36,590 bases of DNA, taken from NCBI GenBank assembly GCA_046759925.1, contig JBHIDD010000001.1, forward strand, positions 1-36,590, in the 5' to 3' direction. The notes below the pieces were generated by a model. The model saw only the letters and a program-made list of their open reading frames with translations, did not search any database and had not been told where the DNA came from. Shown here in pieces: positions 36,569-36,590 of this stretch. Positions within the stretch are counted from its first letter, which is position 1. Each line of letters starts with the position of its first letter. A program made the position numbers and the translations under genes. The stretch is from Kiloniellaceae bacterium. GTDB lineage: Bacteria > Pseudomonadota > Alphaproteobacteria > Kiloniellales > J153.

Positions 36569-36590
36569 ATGAAATTCGATTTCTTGTTCT
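36569..36590 (+). CDS. Start of the next ORF (probably the second ABC permease), cut by the window end
   Basis: ATG at 36569, 11 nt after the previous stop and preceded by a G-rich stretch. The translation is MKFDFLF. Only 7 codons are visible, and the call rests on operon context. Confidence 0.3.

Overview
This is a high-GC, alphaproteobacterium-like chromosomal segment. Both the GC level and the taxon are judged by eye, from base composition and gene content. It is mostly housekeeping and central-metabolism genes: trmJ-like methyltransferase, cimA, cysS, nadE plus an NAPRTase-family gene, an ALDH plus Fe-ADH pair, Leu/Val dehydrogenase, putA, argG, nnrU, folD, and yggU/yggT-like genes. Several visibly more AT-rich accessory insertions interrupt it.

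(1) A higBA toxin-antitoxin pair (4610-5188) has an operator-like palindrome inside its promoter.

(2) A two-gene islet (12937-14603) encodes a fused HTH-ImmA/IrrE metalloprotease and a tightly coupled DUF4411 PIN-like protein. This is my best candidate for an uncharacterised toxin or defence-type module.

(3) tRNA-Ala(CGC) (27251-27326) is followed by a decayed phage packaging module: a DUF5681 gene plus a roughly 50-codon terminase-large-subunit stub.

(4) A lower-GC transport and transamination cluster (28830 to the window end) contains a solute-binding protein, two tandem HemL-like class-III aminotransferase paralogs, a class-IV aminotransferase, and an ABC ATPase and permease.

Non-coding structure includes:
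- three copies of a roughly 130-bp MITE/REP-like element, two of them bracketing the trmJ-like gene in inverted orientation and one fused onto the 5' end of the DUF5681 gene;
- a roughly 150-bp inverted-repeat element that abuts a truncated thiolase gene;
- an AT-rich degenerate tandem-repeat array upstream of argG;
- a nested palindrome between the NAPRTase-like gene and nadE;
- two unusually long gene-free stretches flanking a small glsB/yeaQ-like gene.

Many long ORFs in the six-frame track are GC-driven shadow ORFs and were rejected. All calls rest on reading the translations and sequence by eye. No database search was run.
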